Both the position numbers and the translations under genes were made by a program. A stretch of DNA of 64,000 nt from Selaginella moellendorffii. Its lineage: Eukaryota > Plantae > Lycopodiophyta. The stretch lies in assembly GCF_000143415.4 (NCBI RefSeq), contig NW_003314301.1:1480981-1544980 (forward strand), given 5' to 3'. The notes under the pieces were generated by a model that worked only from the letters and a program-made list of their open reading frames with translations, searched no databases and had not been told where the DNA came from. Positions 49,889 through 62,403 of the stretch are shown piece by piece (the first letter of the stretch is position 1; each line of letters begins with the position of its first letter).

Positions 49889-50052
49889 CGGCGATGGGAG
49901 GGAAACGATGGAGCCGACCTCGGCCCATGGATTCCATATATTCAAGGAAAGTGCTATTCTGGAAGGAGGGGGAATTCGAAATTGCCCTAAATCCCGCCCG
50001 GATTTTAGGGCTCTTGCTGGAAGAGATTTTAGGGTTTGCTGGAGGAGGAAGA

Positions 50053-50659
50053 ATGCCTGCGCCTAAGTACCACTGCGAGTACTGCGACAAGACGTTCGTG
50101 GATGGTCCCGCCGCTCGACGCAAGCATCTCCAGTCGCCGTATCATCAGATTACGAAGAAAGCGTGGTTTGATTCTTTCCGAGGTAAGTTTAGTGATCGTT
50201 TGTCTCGTTTCGGTTGGAGCAATGTAAAGATTGCGTTGCTAGATCCTGCGGAGCTCCTGGCCGAGAATCCTAACCGTGGAATTTGCGCCAAGTTCACGCG
50301 AACGGTATGAGTTTGCTCTTCTAGAATTGAGATCAGGAAAAAAACTTTCTCAGGGAAATTGTGAGTATGGATTCAGGTGCAAGTATATACATCCAGCGCG
50401 ATCATCTCAAACTTTTCCAGGCAAGAGTTTCTTTCTGTATTCTTGCTCTTCTTTACACCTCATCGTTTGGTCTTTTCAGCTGGTGGTCCTAGGAACGCGG
50501 CATTTTCTGGTGAGTCAGTTCTTGATATTCTGCTGTGTCGGTCGATTGTAACTTCATTGCATCGCTGCTACAGGGCGCTTTGCAATTCCTCCTTCCTTAC
50601 AACCCCCACCAGAAGAAGGATACGATGGTACTACAGTGCCAGTGCCTGACTGGGGATGA
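50053..50659 (+). CDS. ZMAT5: U11/U12 snRNP 20 kDa protein / ZMAT5-like (U1C-type Zn finger + CCCH), 5 exons
   Basis: KYHCEYCDKTF.D...ARRKHLQ...H...KK.WFD.FR; CAKFTRT|GNCEYGFRCKYIH; C-terminal IPPSLQPPPEEGY...DWG*. Confidence 0.9.
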
Positions 50660-51664
50660 ATCACTTCCAACGTGGCCTTTCCACAGCTTCCAGTTGACGA
50701 CAGTTTTCCTCTGAGGTCTGTGACACGGGCGAGAATTTTTATTTTCTCGTTCGGTGGCATGTCTTCCTCCCGTAACCGTTACTTTTACGTTGGTGGTGAC
50801 AAGCAGTGAAATGAAACTCGAGCGATGACGCTGCTTGCACACACAACACACCAACAAAAAAAATAAGGCTCTCTTATCTCTCTTCGCGGCGGCAGCAGCA
50901 GTCTTTAGGCAGAGAATGTCTCTGACTTAATGATTGTTTACTGATCCTAGTCCCTTTCAGGTCTGCGGTTGCGGACAACTTGGTACGACTGTGTTGTACA
51001 GCGAAGATGTGGAGTTACAGAAGCCATGGCCTTATAAGATCAAGGGCAAGCCACAGTGACAGACCAGGGAGAAGGGAAAAGAATGGGCCTTTTTATAAAG
51101 CGCTGGAGACATGACGCGGGGACAGTGTACAAAGCTCAGCTCTATCAGTTTTGCGGATAACTCTCCAGCTCAGTTAGCGTCTTTGTCGAGGTGGACGCTG
51201 ACGTGGGTGGAAGATCGGACTCCACGTCTGGGCAGTGTCGTGGCCACATTGCCATCCTTTCGTCCGGGAGGCTGGAAGTCAGTGTAGTGGGAAAGCCAGG
51301 CCTTATTTGGAGCTCGTGAAAGTGAGGTTGGTTGCTTACAAGGAAGAACAGGGACCCAGGCAACTCAAGGAAATCTCATTGGAGCTTACTGGATCGTCAT
51401 CCGACGAAACACTCGTATTTACTTCCGGCTTTGGAAGTTAAGGGAGAGCGGGAGAGCTCGCAGTCGGGATCTCTCAAAGTCATCCGGGGATTCCAGGCTC
51501 TGGCACCGTGTCACGAGATGCAGCGGTAGATGGTAGTAGCACCTGGAAGGCCGATGCAACTGGTGGTGATCGTCCAGTTGCTAATGTCCAATGGACAAGA
51601 CGCGGCTGCAAAGCGTCGATGCTGCGTTGTGAGGCCTCCTCCCCGGTGTCCCCGGAGGCTGGAG

Positions 51665-52828
51665 ATGGAACAAGGGAGCTCCTCGCGGTGGGCTTTCCGG
51701 GTGCGTGCTACGATCAAGCCTTTTGCGTCTCATGCGACCGAGACCATCGGCTCGGTTGCTTTCGACAGCTCCAACGAGTTGATGGCAACGGGGGGTATTG
51801 CTAGGAAGATCAGAGTCTACGACATCTCGGCGATCCTGGACTCCGAGGACAAACAGCAGCAGGATCAGGCTGCTGATGAAGACGATGAAGATGGTCTCGA
51901 AGACGAAGACGAAGAGGGCCGCTTCGTGAGCTCTCGCCGGCGTGCTCGCAACACTTTCGACACGGACAGGAGCTCTCTGTCTGTCATCTGCGCGCCGTCG
52001 AGGCTGAGCAGCTTGCAGTGGCGGCCGGGAAAGACAGGGACGATCGCATGCGGGGACTACGACGGGGTAGTGACAGAATGGAGTGTGGAAAGACAAATCC
52101 CGCTTGTGGAAAGAGACGAGCACGGCGGCCGGCACGTCTGGAGCGTCGACTACGCGACAGACATGTCGGGCGTGTGTGTGTCGGCCTCGGACGACGGGAC
52201 GGCTCGGGTGTGGCAAGGCGGCATGGAAAGGTCAGCTCTCACAATTCGGGCACCCGACTCAAAGCCGTTTTGCTGTGCAGAGTTTGATCCTCTCTCGAGC
52301 ACGCTGCTCGCGCTCGCCTGCGCCGACGGCAAAGTTTACGTGCACGACTTGCGAAGGCCCGAGTGCCCGGTGTGGACGCTGGCTCACCACCGCCGGGCCG
52401 CGAGCTATGCACGGTTTCTAGACAGGGAAAGGCTGGTGACCGCGTCCGTGGATAGCACTATTTGCGTGTGGGACTTGGCGGCTCCTCCGGCTCCGCGGGT
52501 GGTGGAGAGCTTTAGTCAGCACCAAAACGTGAGGAACTTTGTGGGGCTCTCGGTGTGGAGGAAGGGAGAGATGGTGGCGTGTGGATCCGAGACGAACCAG
52601 GCATACGTCTATCAGGTCGGGAGCGGTGGTGGCGGTGATCAAAGCTTTGTTTTGAGGCACCAGTTCTCGTCCAGTTCTTGGAGTTCTTCCACGGATTCCT
52701 CCTCCGCGCGGAGGAACTCGAGCTTGGCGAGCGCGGTTTGCTGGATGGAAGATTGCTCGTGTACTCTCGCGGCTGCGAACTCGGAGGGAGTGCTGCAAAT
52801 CTTGTCTGGGGAGTTTGGCGGTGTTTAG
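51665..52828 (+). CDS. RUP: WD40 protein, REPRESSOR OF UV-B PHOTOMORPHOGENESIS (RUP1/RUP2)-like, intronless; ORF also open from ATG 51530
   Basis: COP1/SPA-type WD40 without RING, kinase or coiled coil: ATGGIARKIRVY, ICAPSRLSSLQW, GDYDGVVTEW, ERDEHGGRHVWSVDY, H.N.RNFVGLSVWR, CGSE.N. Confidence 0.88.
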   Translation: MEQGSSSRWAFRVRATIKPFASHATETIGSVAFDSSNELMATGGIARKIRVYDISAILDSEDKQQQDQAADEDDEDGLEDEDEEGRFVSSRRRARNTFDTDRSSLSVICAPSRLSSLQWRPGKTGTIACGDYDGVVTEWSVERQIPLVERDEHGGRHVWSVDYATDMSGVCVSASDDGTARVWQGGMERSALTIRAPDSKPFCCAEFDPLSSTLLALACADGKVYVHDLRRPECPVWTLAHHRRAASYARFLDRERLVTASVDSTICVWDLAAPPAPRVVESFSQHQNVRNFVGLSVWRKGEMVACGSETNQAYVYQVGSGGGGDQSFVLRHQFSSSSWSSSTDSSSARRNSSLASAVCWMEDCSCTLAAANSEGVLQILSGEFGGV

Positions 52829-55800
52829 AAGATCCTCTTCATCCAAAGGCCTTTACCTTTAAAATTTTCAAACATTCACAACTCGTTTCTAACTCCAAGA
52901 TGGAAACAGGGTTCATCATTCCCAAGATTGATCTCGTGAGGAGCTGGAGTGGTGGATGTTCCGGCTCCAAGGCTCCCTCAGCTCATCAGCAGCGTTGCTC
53001 TTCCATATTCATTACTTCGACGACGAACACTTCTGGTGAAGTTATGATCTCTACAACTGGGCTTACATCCCTTCGACGAATCCACATTGGGTGGTGACTC
53101 AAGGAATTGAAAGCAAAGGTGAAATTTACTCCATAATAGTTTCTTATTCTCTTTTAACAAGTATTTAATTGAAAAAGTTTTGGTTGGAAAGAATATACCT
53201 AGAATATTTTAGTAAATTTAATACAGTTAAGCTTCCTAAACAAAAAATGAATGAATATACTAATCTCATCACGAATATTCACAGACTTTTAGGGTTCAGT
53301 AAACAGTGTTCTAGTTCAGAGGGACGTATGAAAATTTAGCATGGAATATACATACAAGAATATTCAAGTGTTATTTCCACTAGTAATGGGTCTCTATATC
53401 TTTCTTATTTTTATCCACATTAATATTCCTATTTAAATAGTTTGCTACCTATGCAGCAACATTTGCTTTTCTTTTCATTTCTATGGCTGTATTTATGTAA
53501 TATATATTTTGTGTCCATATTTTAATTGGTGTATGTTTTGAATATGTAGTAGCTGATTATGAATGTCTTGCTTAGTTCTGTTATGGAAGAAGAAAGAAAA
53601 AAATGGATAGACCAAAAGCTCTAATTCTTCTAGAAATCCAGCCAGTCATACCAAATTTATGTTTAATTGGATGCCAGAGAAGAACAGTATTTTATGACTA
53701 TGGGTTCTGACGGAGCCTAAATGGCAGCCTTGGGATGGCCTTCTAGCATTGTAATGATTAGACAAGTGAGGGAACACCAATTCCTTGCCTTATAGATCAC
53801 AATTTTTGGAGCGGCTGGCCATGTAATTGCATGTTGGATTTTAGTGGATTTCCATGTTAAATTTGCTAGTAATGATAATCTTATTAGCTTACATGCAAGA
53901 ATCCAGTTCTTGTAACAGACATAGTGGCCTGATTCCTTAGTATCGAGTTGGCTTGAATCATCAGAGACTTTAATACATTGCAATCTAAGGAGAAAGGAAC
54001 ATATTGTTTTCCCAATGTTGCTATACTAAAACGAAACAAAGTAATACAAACCTCTAAAAGGACAATCAAGATGCTTACCTTTGAAGGTTTTTAAACACAT
54101 AGTCTGATTAGGAACGAGTTTAAAAATAAAAATCAGATTGAAGAATATCCTAGAATATACATGAATATTTTAGGCACCCAAGTTTCTTTGGTATTTTAAG
54201 TATTTCTTTCTATACTATATTAACTACATTATATTTGCTTATTTAGTGGGTTTGGGTCAAATTTCAGGGAGTGGTGGTATTCTAAAGAAAACCATTACAT
54301 ATTTTTATTTAATTTAAATTTACTAGAGTGACCATAATTTATGATTTGAGGTACCTGACATCCATAATGTATTAGGCAATTAATAATTTTGATAATATAC
54401 AATTATTGTAATATTTATCAGTAGTCCATAAAGAATTTTTATTGGAAAAAATAACTAAATTACCATCATATTGTAAAATTAAGAAACAATCACAAATGTT
54501 TTTGGATTGTGAGGGCCAAGTTCCAAGCACTCACAGGATGTATTTTCTAATTCCCAAACTTTTTGGTTTAATGAATATAAAAATAATTTACAACTATATA
54601 TATTAAAATATTTTTACCATTTTGAGAAATTAAAAAATTATTAATGTGAAAAATTGAATATGAAAATAAATCATTTATTCTAATATAACATCCATATATA
54701 TTTTCAAAAGTAATATTTTGATTTTAATATGTCAATTCATCTGATATACCATTTAGTATATATCTTATAAGATACTTTTTAGTTTCTTTTTTTGAAATTT
54801 GTTTTATTTGAGAGGTAGAGCAAGAAAATAACTTTCCAAAGAGTCATGTCTCATGAATTTTGGTGCTGTGTGTTGAGGATTTTAGAATATATAATACATC
54901 ATTTATTAGTACTTTACCATATTACTGTTTAATAGCTTCACAATTTTAATTGTCTCTGATTTTAACATCTTTCTGAGCAATAGAATTTTGAAAATAACCT
55001 GGGAGTTCTTTATATAAGTAATCTTTCCTAAACTCTAAAAGCTGATCAATTCCATGTTTAATATTATTTCCTAATATTTATGTATATTTTCCCTTTAAAG
55101 AACATTGATCTTTCAATATCCTTGAGATGTTAGTATTCTATCTTCATCTATATATGTTATAGGATAATCTTTATTATGATTGATATTGTCTAATAAACTA
55201 TTAACACTTCCAAAAATTCCTACTCTTTCAATTTGAGGTTCATACATTTTAGGGGCCATAATGATTTCTTGTTGAAGAAAAAAAATAATATAAAATTTTA
55301 ATAACTGATAGATCAAAGAAGTCACAATCACTATTATTTACTCTTCCTAAAATGTTTACATTTTATATGCATGTTAACTTTATTTTTTTTATTATTTCAG
55401 TGGTTCTTAACAGTTCTATTTTTGGAGGAATGTATATTATTAGACATAGATTCAATTTTTTTTTATTTCTTGGACACTAAGTCTTTGACATATGTAATTT
55501 GACATACATACATATGATGATTTTGCTACTCATGCTTTAGATTCTATCCCAGATCCTGATTTATTATTCATTGGATATACTTATGAATATTCTATTAGAT
55601 TTTCCATTCACAGAGAATAATCTTTTCAGTGCTTTAGATCAAGTTCTGAAAAATATGCTTTAAAAAATGTTTCTAAAACTTAAAACCTGAATTATATATT
55701 ACTTATAAATTACAGCTACGAAATAGATTCTTACTTTAGATAAATTAATTTTATAGCATCTGAATAAGTGTCTATATCTTAAATTTTAAGTATTAATTTC

Positions 55801-57920
55801 AAAAAAAAGAGTTCTTAAATACCTCATATTTCAAATACATTTAAATTTTACACCTTTATCTTCTTATCTAATGCTATTTAACCGTATAACCTAATACATT
55901 AGCAAGAAAATGTAGTTTTCTCCAAATATATGTTTATTTATGAATCTATCCATCATTTTTCTCCATTTTAAGCATAAATGATAGTTTATATGATCCAACA
56001 CACATCTCAAGCCTCCTTTTTTACCATAAACTTGTAAGATTTGGAGACTTGTCTATCAACATAAACTATGGATGAGATATCTATATGTTGGAACTATGGT
56101 TAGAGATATATATAATTGTATTGAGGTAATGATCTTTGATCATGCTATTCAAAGAGTTATGTTATTAGCATAATGCATTAAAAGAAATACTCACTATATT
56201 CATAGCCAAATTGGCAATAACACCAGCAGCTACATGCCTGATAGTCTCTTAAACTGTGTTTAGCAGCACCAAAAATGACTTTCATACATCTTTTTTTTGC
56301 CAACTCTAATTGTCCCCTTGCTTTGCTAAATTGAGGCATGAGATGGCCTTTTAAAAAGCTTGTCATCATAAAAACTTTACTGAGCACTAATATAAACCCT
56401 AGTAGCATATTCCATCCACTTTTAAGTGTTTCTAAAAAATTTCTACTTTCTCTACTACTTTGCAAAGAGGCTTTCTCTTTATTCTTGACAACCATGAGTC
56501 ATTTGTATTGTGAAAAAAAAGTCAATACCATTTGAAAAATAGTATATATGTCACTTATTTGGTTCTGAAAGAATATTCTCTGTGTGAAATTGAATATTTT
56601 CTAAGTGAAATACATATTCCACTCATGAAATTGAATATTCTTAGTGATTTAGAATCTAATGGGTATTATGGGTGATTATATGGGGACCATGGCTATGTAA
56701 ATAGCCCATTACATGACCATTGATAACAATTCATCCATACCCATTCTTCATATTTGAAGCTTAAATACCACAAGTTCAAAATTTCTCAAATTTATCAACT
56801 TACTTGCTATATCATATGGCCTTCAACAAAAACACCTTAATTAATAAAAGATTTTTTGCATTGCTCAAGTTTACTAAGGGGTTGAGGAGTTTAGAGAGAG
56901 CAATTTCAACTATTAATAGTTGTGTAGTATGGCACTATGTAGTATAGTGCATGAAATTCTATAGAATTCTATTTTTTTTATAAAGAAGCTAATATAACCA
57001 TTTAGGATTTCAAAGTGCTTGAATACCTAGTTGCTCTTGTTGTTTGCAAGAATTGGCTAAAATTTCCCACTATATGTTATGTGTAGAAGAATGAGGATAA
57101 GATTTTATTGAGATTGGAAAATAATTGTACCATTAATAAGTCATATAATCACATATAATTTATTTTCTAGCAAATCAAACAATTTCCTCCAAAATCTACT
57201 CAATAAAGAAATTTCTTCTCAGCCTGCAAAACCAAAATCTAGCTTAATAAATTATCAAGCTCAAAGGTATTATGTGCTCCCAAACCTTCATATGTTTCAC
57301 CCACCTCTTCATATTGAAAAACTTAAGGAGTTTGAAATGTTTGAGGAGTAAAGTGATATTATAATTGTGAAGCTTCAAAAGGTTATTTGTTTAGAGAGTG
57401 ATGCTTGTAAGCAAGTAGGCTCTTTTTTGGAGAACTTTAATAGTATATCATTGGGCACGAATGGTAAGTGATGGTAATTACAAGATAGCCACTAAAGGTA
57501 TTTGAAAGAATATATAGAATATTTTGCATATTCAAATTTTCCTTTTCCATAACTGTATAGATTCAATATGAAAGTTCCATTCTATAATATCATATTATTT
57601 CTAAACTTATAATTACATATTACTATACAAGATGGGGTTCATCAATGACTCTAAAAGTTGCTTGTGCAACCATTCCTCGCTAGGATATGATTTGGGAATG
57701 AAAATCACTTACCTACATATTGTTGATCATAGAAATGAATTTTATTTTCAAAATAAGTCATCTCTTCATACATGAATAATCCATGAAAATGAATTTGGTT
57801 CTTGGAATAATTATCCCTTCAAACATAAATGATCTCCCTAGGCTGGAATTTTGACAAATCTATTGCAAAATAGTGTAACTTATATAACAATACTTTTTTG
57901 AATTCTATAAAGTGAGGAAA

Positions 57921-60735
57921 TGTCGTGCATGTGACTTCGGGTATCAAAAGTTACTTGTCAACCAATCCTTACGGACACTTTTACCTTACTGCCACAATGG
58001 CAGGAGGTCGGTATTGCTAGTTCCCTTTATTAGCCCCTCTTGTTCAAGTGTTAGTTTACTGGGCTTAGCACATGTACTTAGCTAGATGGACATAAGGTAT
58101 GAACTCTTATGTGTTTCTTGCTGAGCATACTCAGCCTAGCTCTTAGTTCTCTTTTGCTCTGTCTTGCACTGGCTTGACAAGAACCCTCGCGTATTGAGAT
58201 TGGTCCCTCAATATCGCCGGATGATAGCTTACCGTGTCTGCCAAACACCCTCGTTATCATGCCCTTAGCGTTAGTCTCAATTCGGTCCCAAATGCTATTT
58301 ATAGAAAGTGTCCAGATTTGCTTATTTGGCATATCTACGGAATGTAGAGATTGGCCTGAACACAATGGTGTTCGTCCCGTGTCCAAATTCGCATTCTAGC
58401 GCCATTCCATATTTAATAAGTTTTAAACTTGTCCCAGAGACTAACTCCTGGTATTAAGGGTAGGTTTGTGTGAGACACAAAATCCCTAGGCCCCAAAGTG
58501 GAGCCAGAAGGGCGCCACGTGGTAGTGGCCGAAGCGAGAGCTAAACGAGCGTAACACGTTTGGACCAAAAGCTCCGACTTGAAAAGTCAAGAGCGGGAGT
58601 GGAACTCCTAAAGAAGTGCTCGAGGAATGAGCACGAAGCGAGCCATAGGCAAGGCTCCAAAAAGGGACCCAAAAAGGACCAACACATGACACGTGGAAGT
58701 GTCCGAGATGGACCCGAGTTGGAGTCCGAAGTGGAGTCTGAGATGGAGTCCGAAGTGGAGTCCGAAGTGGAGTCCGAGAAGGACCCGAGATGGAGTCCGA
58801 GATGGACCCGAGATGGAGTCCGAGATGGACCCGAGATGGAGTCCGAGATGGAGTCCGAGATGGACCCGAGATGGAGTCCGAGATGGACCCGAGATGGAGT
58901 CCGAGATGGAGTCCGAGATGGACCCGAGATGGAGTCCGAGATGGAGTCCGAGATGGACCCGAGACGGAGTCCGAGATGGAACCGAGACCGAGACCAAGAC
59001 CGAGGCCGAGACCGAGATCGAGACCGGGACCAGGTCCGAAACCGGGACCGAGTCCGAGTCCGAGTCCGAGTTCGAGCCCGAGTCCGAGTCCGAATACTAA
59101 TACAGGAAGTTGGGTGAAAGCCCAAAGCGATCGTCCCCTAGGGGGGGGGGGGCTGCGGGGGGCTCCAAAAGTATAGTAGGGAGAGTGTGGGGGTTGGAGC
59201 CCAGTGGAGCCAGTTGGGCCAGGAAGGGCCAGTTTGGCCCAGGAAGGGCTAGTTTGGTCCGGGAAGGCCATACCCAGTGTTGGGTGATGAACTGACCACT
59301 GGGAAGTCCAAGACTAGAGTGAATACGGACCGACAAGCGGGGTAGCTTGGTGAAGTGTTCAAGAGCCGGCTCTAGTTCCCCCGAGAGATCGACTGGCCGA
59401 TGCTCCCAGTCCAAGTGTGAGTGGCACTACCTACTTGGATACCTGTCGTGGCTCAACGGAACCTCGCTCTAAGCCCATGGCTAGAGCACCTAAAGGCGGA
59501 AGGCAGGGAGAGTACCCAGGTGGCTCGCGTAAGGCCACGGTGTTCCGAAATGTTGTCCCAAAGGCCCAGACTGTGGAAAGGAAGAGGAGTAGTCCTCTGG
59601 GGTAGTGACCAAAGACACGGTCGTGGGGTGAGGAAGTCCCAGAGGACCGTGGGACTTAGTGGTCGGGCCTGTGGGCCCCGATCCAGTGGCAGTGTTGGCA
59701 AACACGGCCAAGGGCAGAAAGGGACTTAGTGGGGACTGACAGAGGGTTATTGGGGAAGGCTATTCCCCTTGTCCGTGGGCATCCTAAGGATGCTAAGGAG
59801 TGGATCTGAGATGACCACTCACGGATGGTTTGCCTAGTCTTGGAGAGCCAAGACTGTGATGCAAGTGGTATTGGACTACCAGTGTGGCAAAGGTGATTGG
59901 GCATGGCCTTAGCGTAACGGGCTGCTATGTCGGTGGTACCTTTGAGTGTCGGTCATGGGATCGGACACGTGGAGCACTTGGACCAAGTGCAAATGTTGAG
60001 TGGCATGGATGCCATTCTCGGGGCTAGCAAGTCCCAAGTCCTGAATTGGACTTATGGAGGTTGTGAAGGAGACTCCTCCAAGTGGTCAGAGGTGTGGTTA
60101 AGTGACTAAAGTAGAATGGAAAATTTAGTCGCTTACAGTTTGGGGTGAAAGCCCAAAGCATGTGTTCCTCAAGGGGGGGGGGGGGGGGGGGCTATGGGGG
60201 GTTCCAAATGTATAGTAGGGATAGTGGGTAGGTCGGGCATGGCCGACCAACCTGAGGCATAGTCTAGCTCTCGCTTGCGTGCTTGTCCTTGTTCTGCATC
60301 CGGCTTGGGTCTAAGCCCAAGTTCCATTCCATGCTAGCTGGTGGAGTACCTATGTCCTCGCATTAGGCCACCAGTATGCCGAAATAGCGCCAGACTCCGT
60401 CTGGCTCCGTTTTGCGTGCTGGTCTTGGCATTAGGATGCTGGTTACTCTAGGACTATTCTAAGTCGCTCCGGGCTCCTGTCCCTTCGCTCCTTGGGCTTT
60501 ACGCTTGGGAGTTGCTCCGTGGTTCGGTTCCATCACTCCTTGGCTCCACGCTTGGGAGTTTGGCACTATTCCTTTGTTCAGTGGCCCAAGGCCCTGAACC
60601 TTGGGTTTCTATGGACACGTGGCATGTGACACGTGGCATCTGTCATGTGGCACAAAGAGGGTTTAGGTTCCACTCCGTGGTGTTATCCTATGGTAAATCA
60701 CCATAGGATAAAGGGTCAAAACCACGTGCGTTACA
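57921..60735 (-). mobile_element. Solo LTR (long form, ~2.8 kb) with perfect 5-bp TSD
   Basis: GGAAA|TGTCG...TTACA|GGAAA; reads TGTAAC... on the minus strand; no gag/pol motifs; homologous to 40323-41480. Confidence 0.9.
58703..59095. repeat. Compound minisatellite in the LTR: 12-mer GAGATGGAGTCC interleaved with 11-mer GAGATGGACCC, then 6-mer GAG(A/T)CC
   Basis: About 24 long units followed by about 18 hexamers, read directly. Confidence 0.95.
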
Positions 60736-61551
60736 GGAAATAATGGATTAAAAAAATAAGATTCTTAAATGGTTGAAGGTATACCTTGAATGATCTCTAT
60801 GAACCATTGGTGCAAATTTTCTCTAAAGCCTTTAAAGTATAAGGCTACCATCATATCCTCTTTTTGGATCACGCCTTGTATTGTAAATACTTATAATAAG
60901 GAGTTAGTGCCAATGTTTACTAGTGTTCTGAGGAGTACTCTAAGTTTTATAAGATAATAGTGAGTGCTAGAAACTTATTTGCAAGATGTCCCTGATTAGC
61001 TGTGGCTCTAAGAAAATCATGAAATAAACCAAAATTGCCATATACTCCTCTACAATATCATCATAATTGCTATTGCAGTGTCCTAGCTATCTTCAAAATT
61101 TAGTGGAAATAAATGATTCTTAATATCTCATTTACCACTTTTTTCCTTTCATTTGTAATCTAGAAACCCAAGGTGGCTTATAGTATATTTACTCCATCCC
61201 AAATCTAAGGAGCACATGACTTCAAGTCCATCTTGAAAGGCCATCTCGTGATAGTCTTTTATCATATAGATCTAGGATCTCCCTTACAGCCATGGCTAGT
61301 ATAACTATGTTGCACAATTGAGAGATTTGTCCTTTGGTTTCGAAACACTTGAATAACAACCAACAAAATATTTAAAAGAATTGAAAGTATTAAACTTGTA
61401 GGTCATACCTTTCTCTTGTCAGCTTCTCATAAATCATTCAATATAGGAGTTTCTTTGGATGCCAATGCAAAGTATAATTTATAAACTGATTTATAAATCA
61501 TAAACATATTTATAATTATGGATCAATTGAATTATTCATGACACTACTATT

Positions 61552-61594
61552 AAACAAACCAAGCATTGCTGCATGCAATGTGTAGCAAATTATT
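61552..61594. repeat. Second copy of the 47155 hairpin terminal motif
   Basis: aaacaaaccaagcattgctgcatgcaatgtgtagcaaattatta; flanks are unrelated to those at 47155. Confidence 0.7.
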
Positions 61595-62403
61595 AATTTC
61601 TCAAGAAGTTATAAACCTTTGATACCTATTATGAAAAATAAGGTTTATTACATGTGTATATACATTACCTATAACACAAGTTCATTTATTAATATACTTA
61701 GTTGATAAGTTAGAGATGGTTGGTCCTAGAGATAGCCAGAATATATTTTTCATCAAGTGTTATTTCTGGGTTTTAAAATCTTTAGTAAGACAGAAAATAA
61801 AACTTGAAAGATCTATAGTTGAAAGTTTATTATTAATAGAGATTTTTTTTATATGCATAATATTTTAGTGATAATTTGGTTATTGGTAGTCCATAGTTTA
61901 TATCTTTATTTGATTATAGTAGCATTTGATTGAAAACTCCAGGAAAATAAATTTAACCTAGTACATAAGAGCATAAACATTTTCCCTTTATATTTGCATT
62001 TGAAGAGGAAATGCAACCTATCAGAAATATCAACAAGAAAAAATTGTAAGAGATAATACAAGAATGCAATATATTATTTACTATCCAAACCAGTAGGTTC
62101 TTGAAATTTTAAAATGTCTACCACTATTATCTAAAATAGCCTTCATAACTTATTTGTGATGTCTCTATTTAGTCAAAGATGCCTATATTTAAAACTATCC
62201 ACTAAGACAAAAACTCTAATTCTTAATGCTTTTCCAAGTATTAGCATCTTATAGTCTTTATGATAGTGTAGGCATTTAGATCATATAAATTCTCCACCAT
62301 AGTATTGGTAGTTCCATCATGTTTATATTCAGCCTCCACAATACCTATTTAATCGAGAATGCATTGCCACTGATAAACAAAAAAGTCAGACGGAAGGAAT
62401 ATT

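Noticed and set aside
56670-56720. LYGDHGY as a Harbinger transposase or Helitron Rep motif
   Set aside because: Isolated short match with no supporting neighbouring motifs.
58703-59095. CRISPR-like array
   Set aside because: No unique spacers, eukaryotic context, no cas genes.
58486-59271. Six overlapping repetitive ORFs (SISDSISG, MESE, PRWS)
   Set aside because: Artefact of a stop-free minisatellite inside a non-coding LTR.
57921-60735. Retrozyme/hammerhead ribozyme in the structured LTR
   Set aside because: No CTGANGA...GAAA core in a suitable three-stem arrangement was found by eye on either strand.
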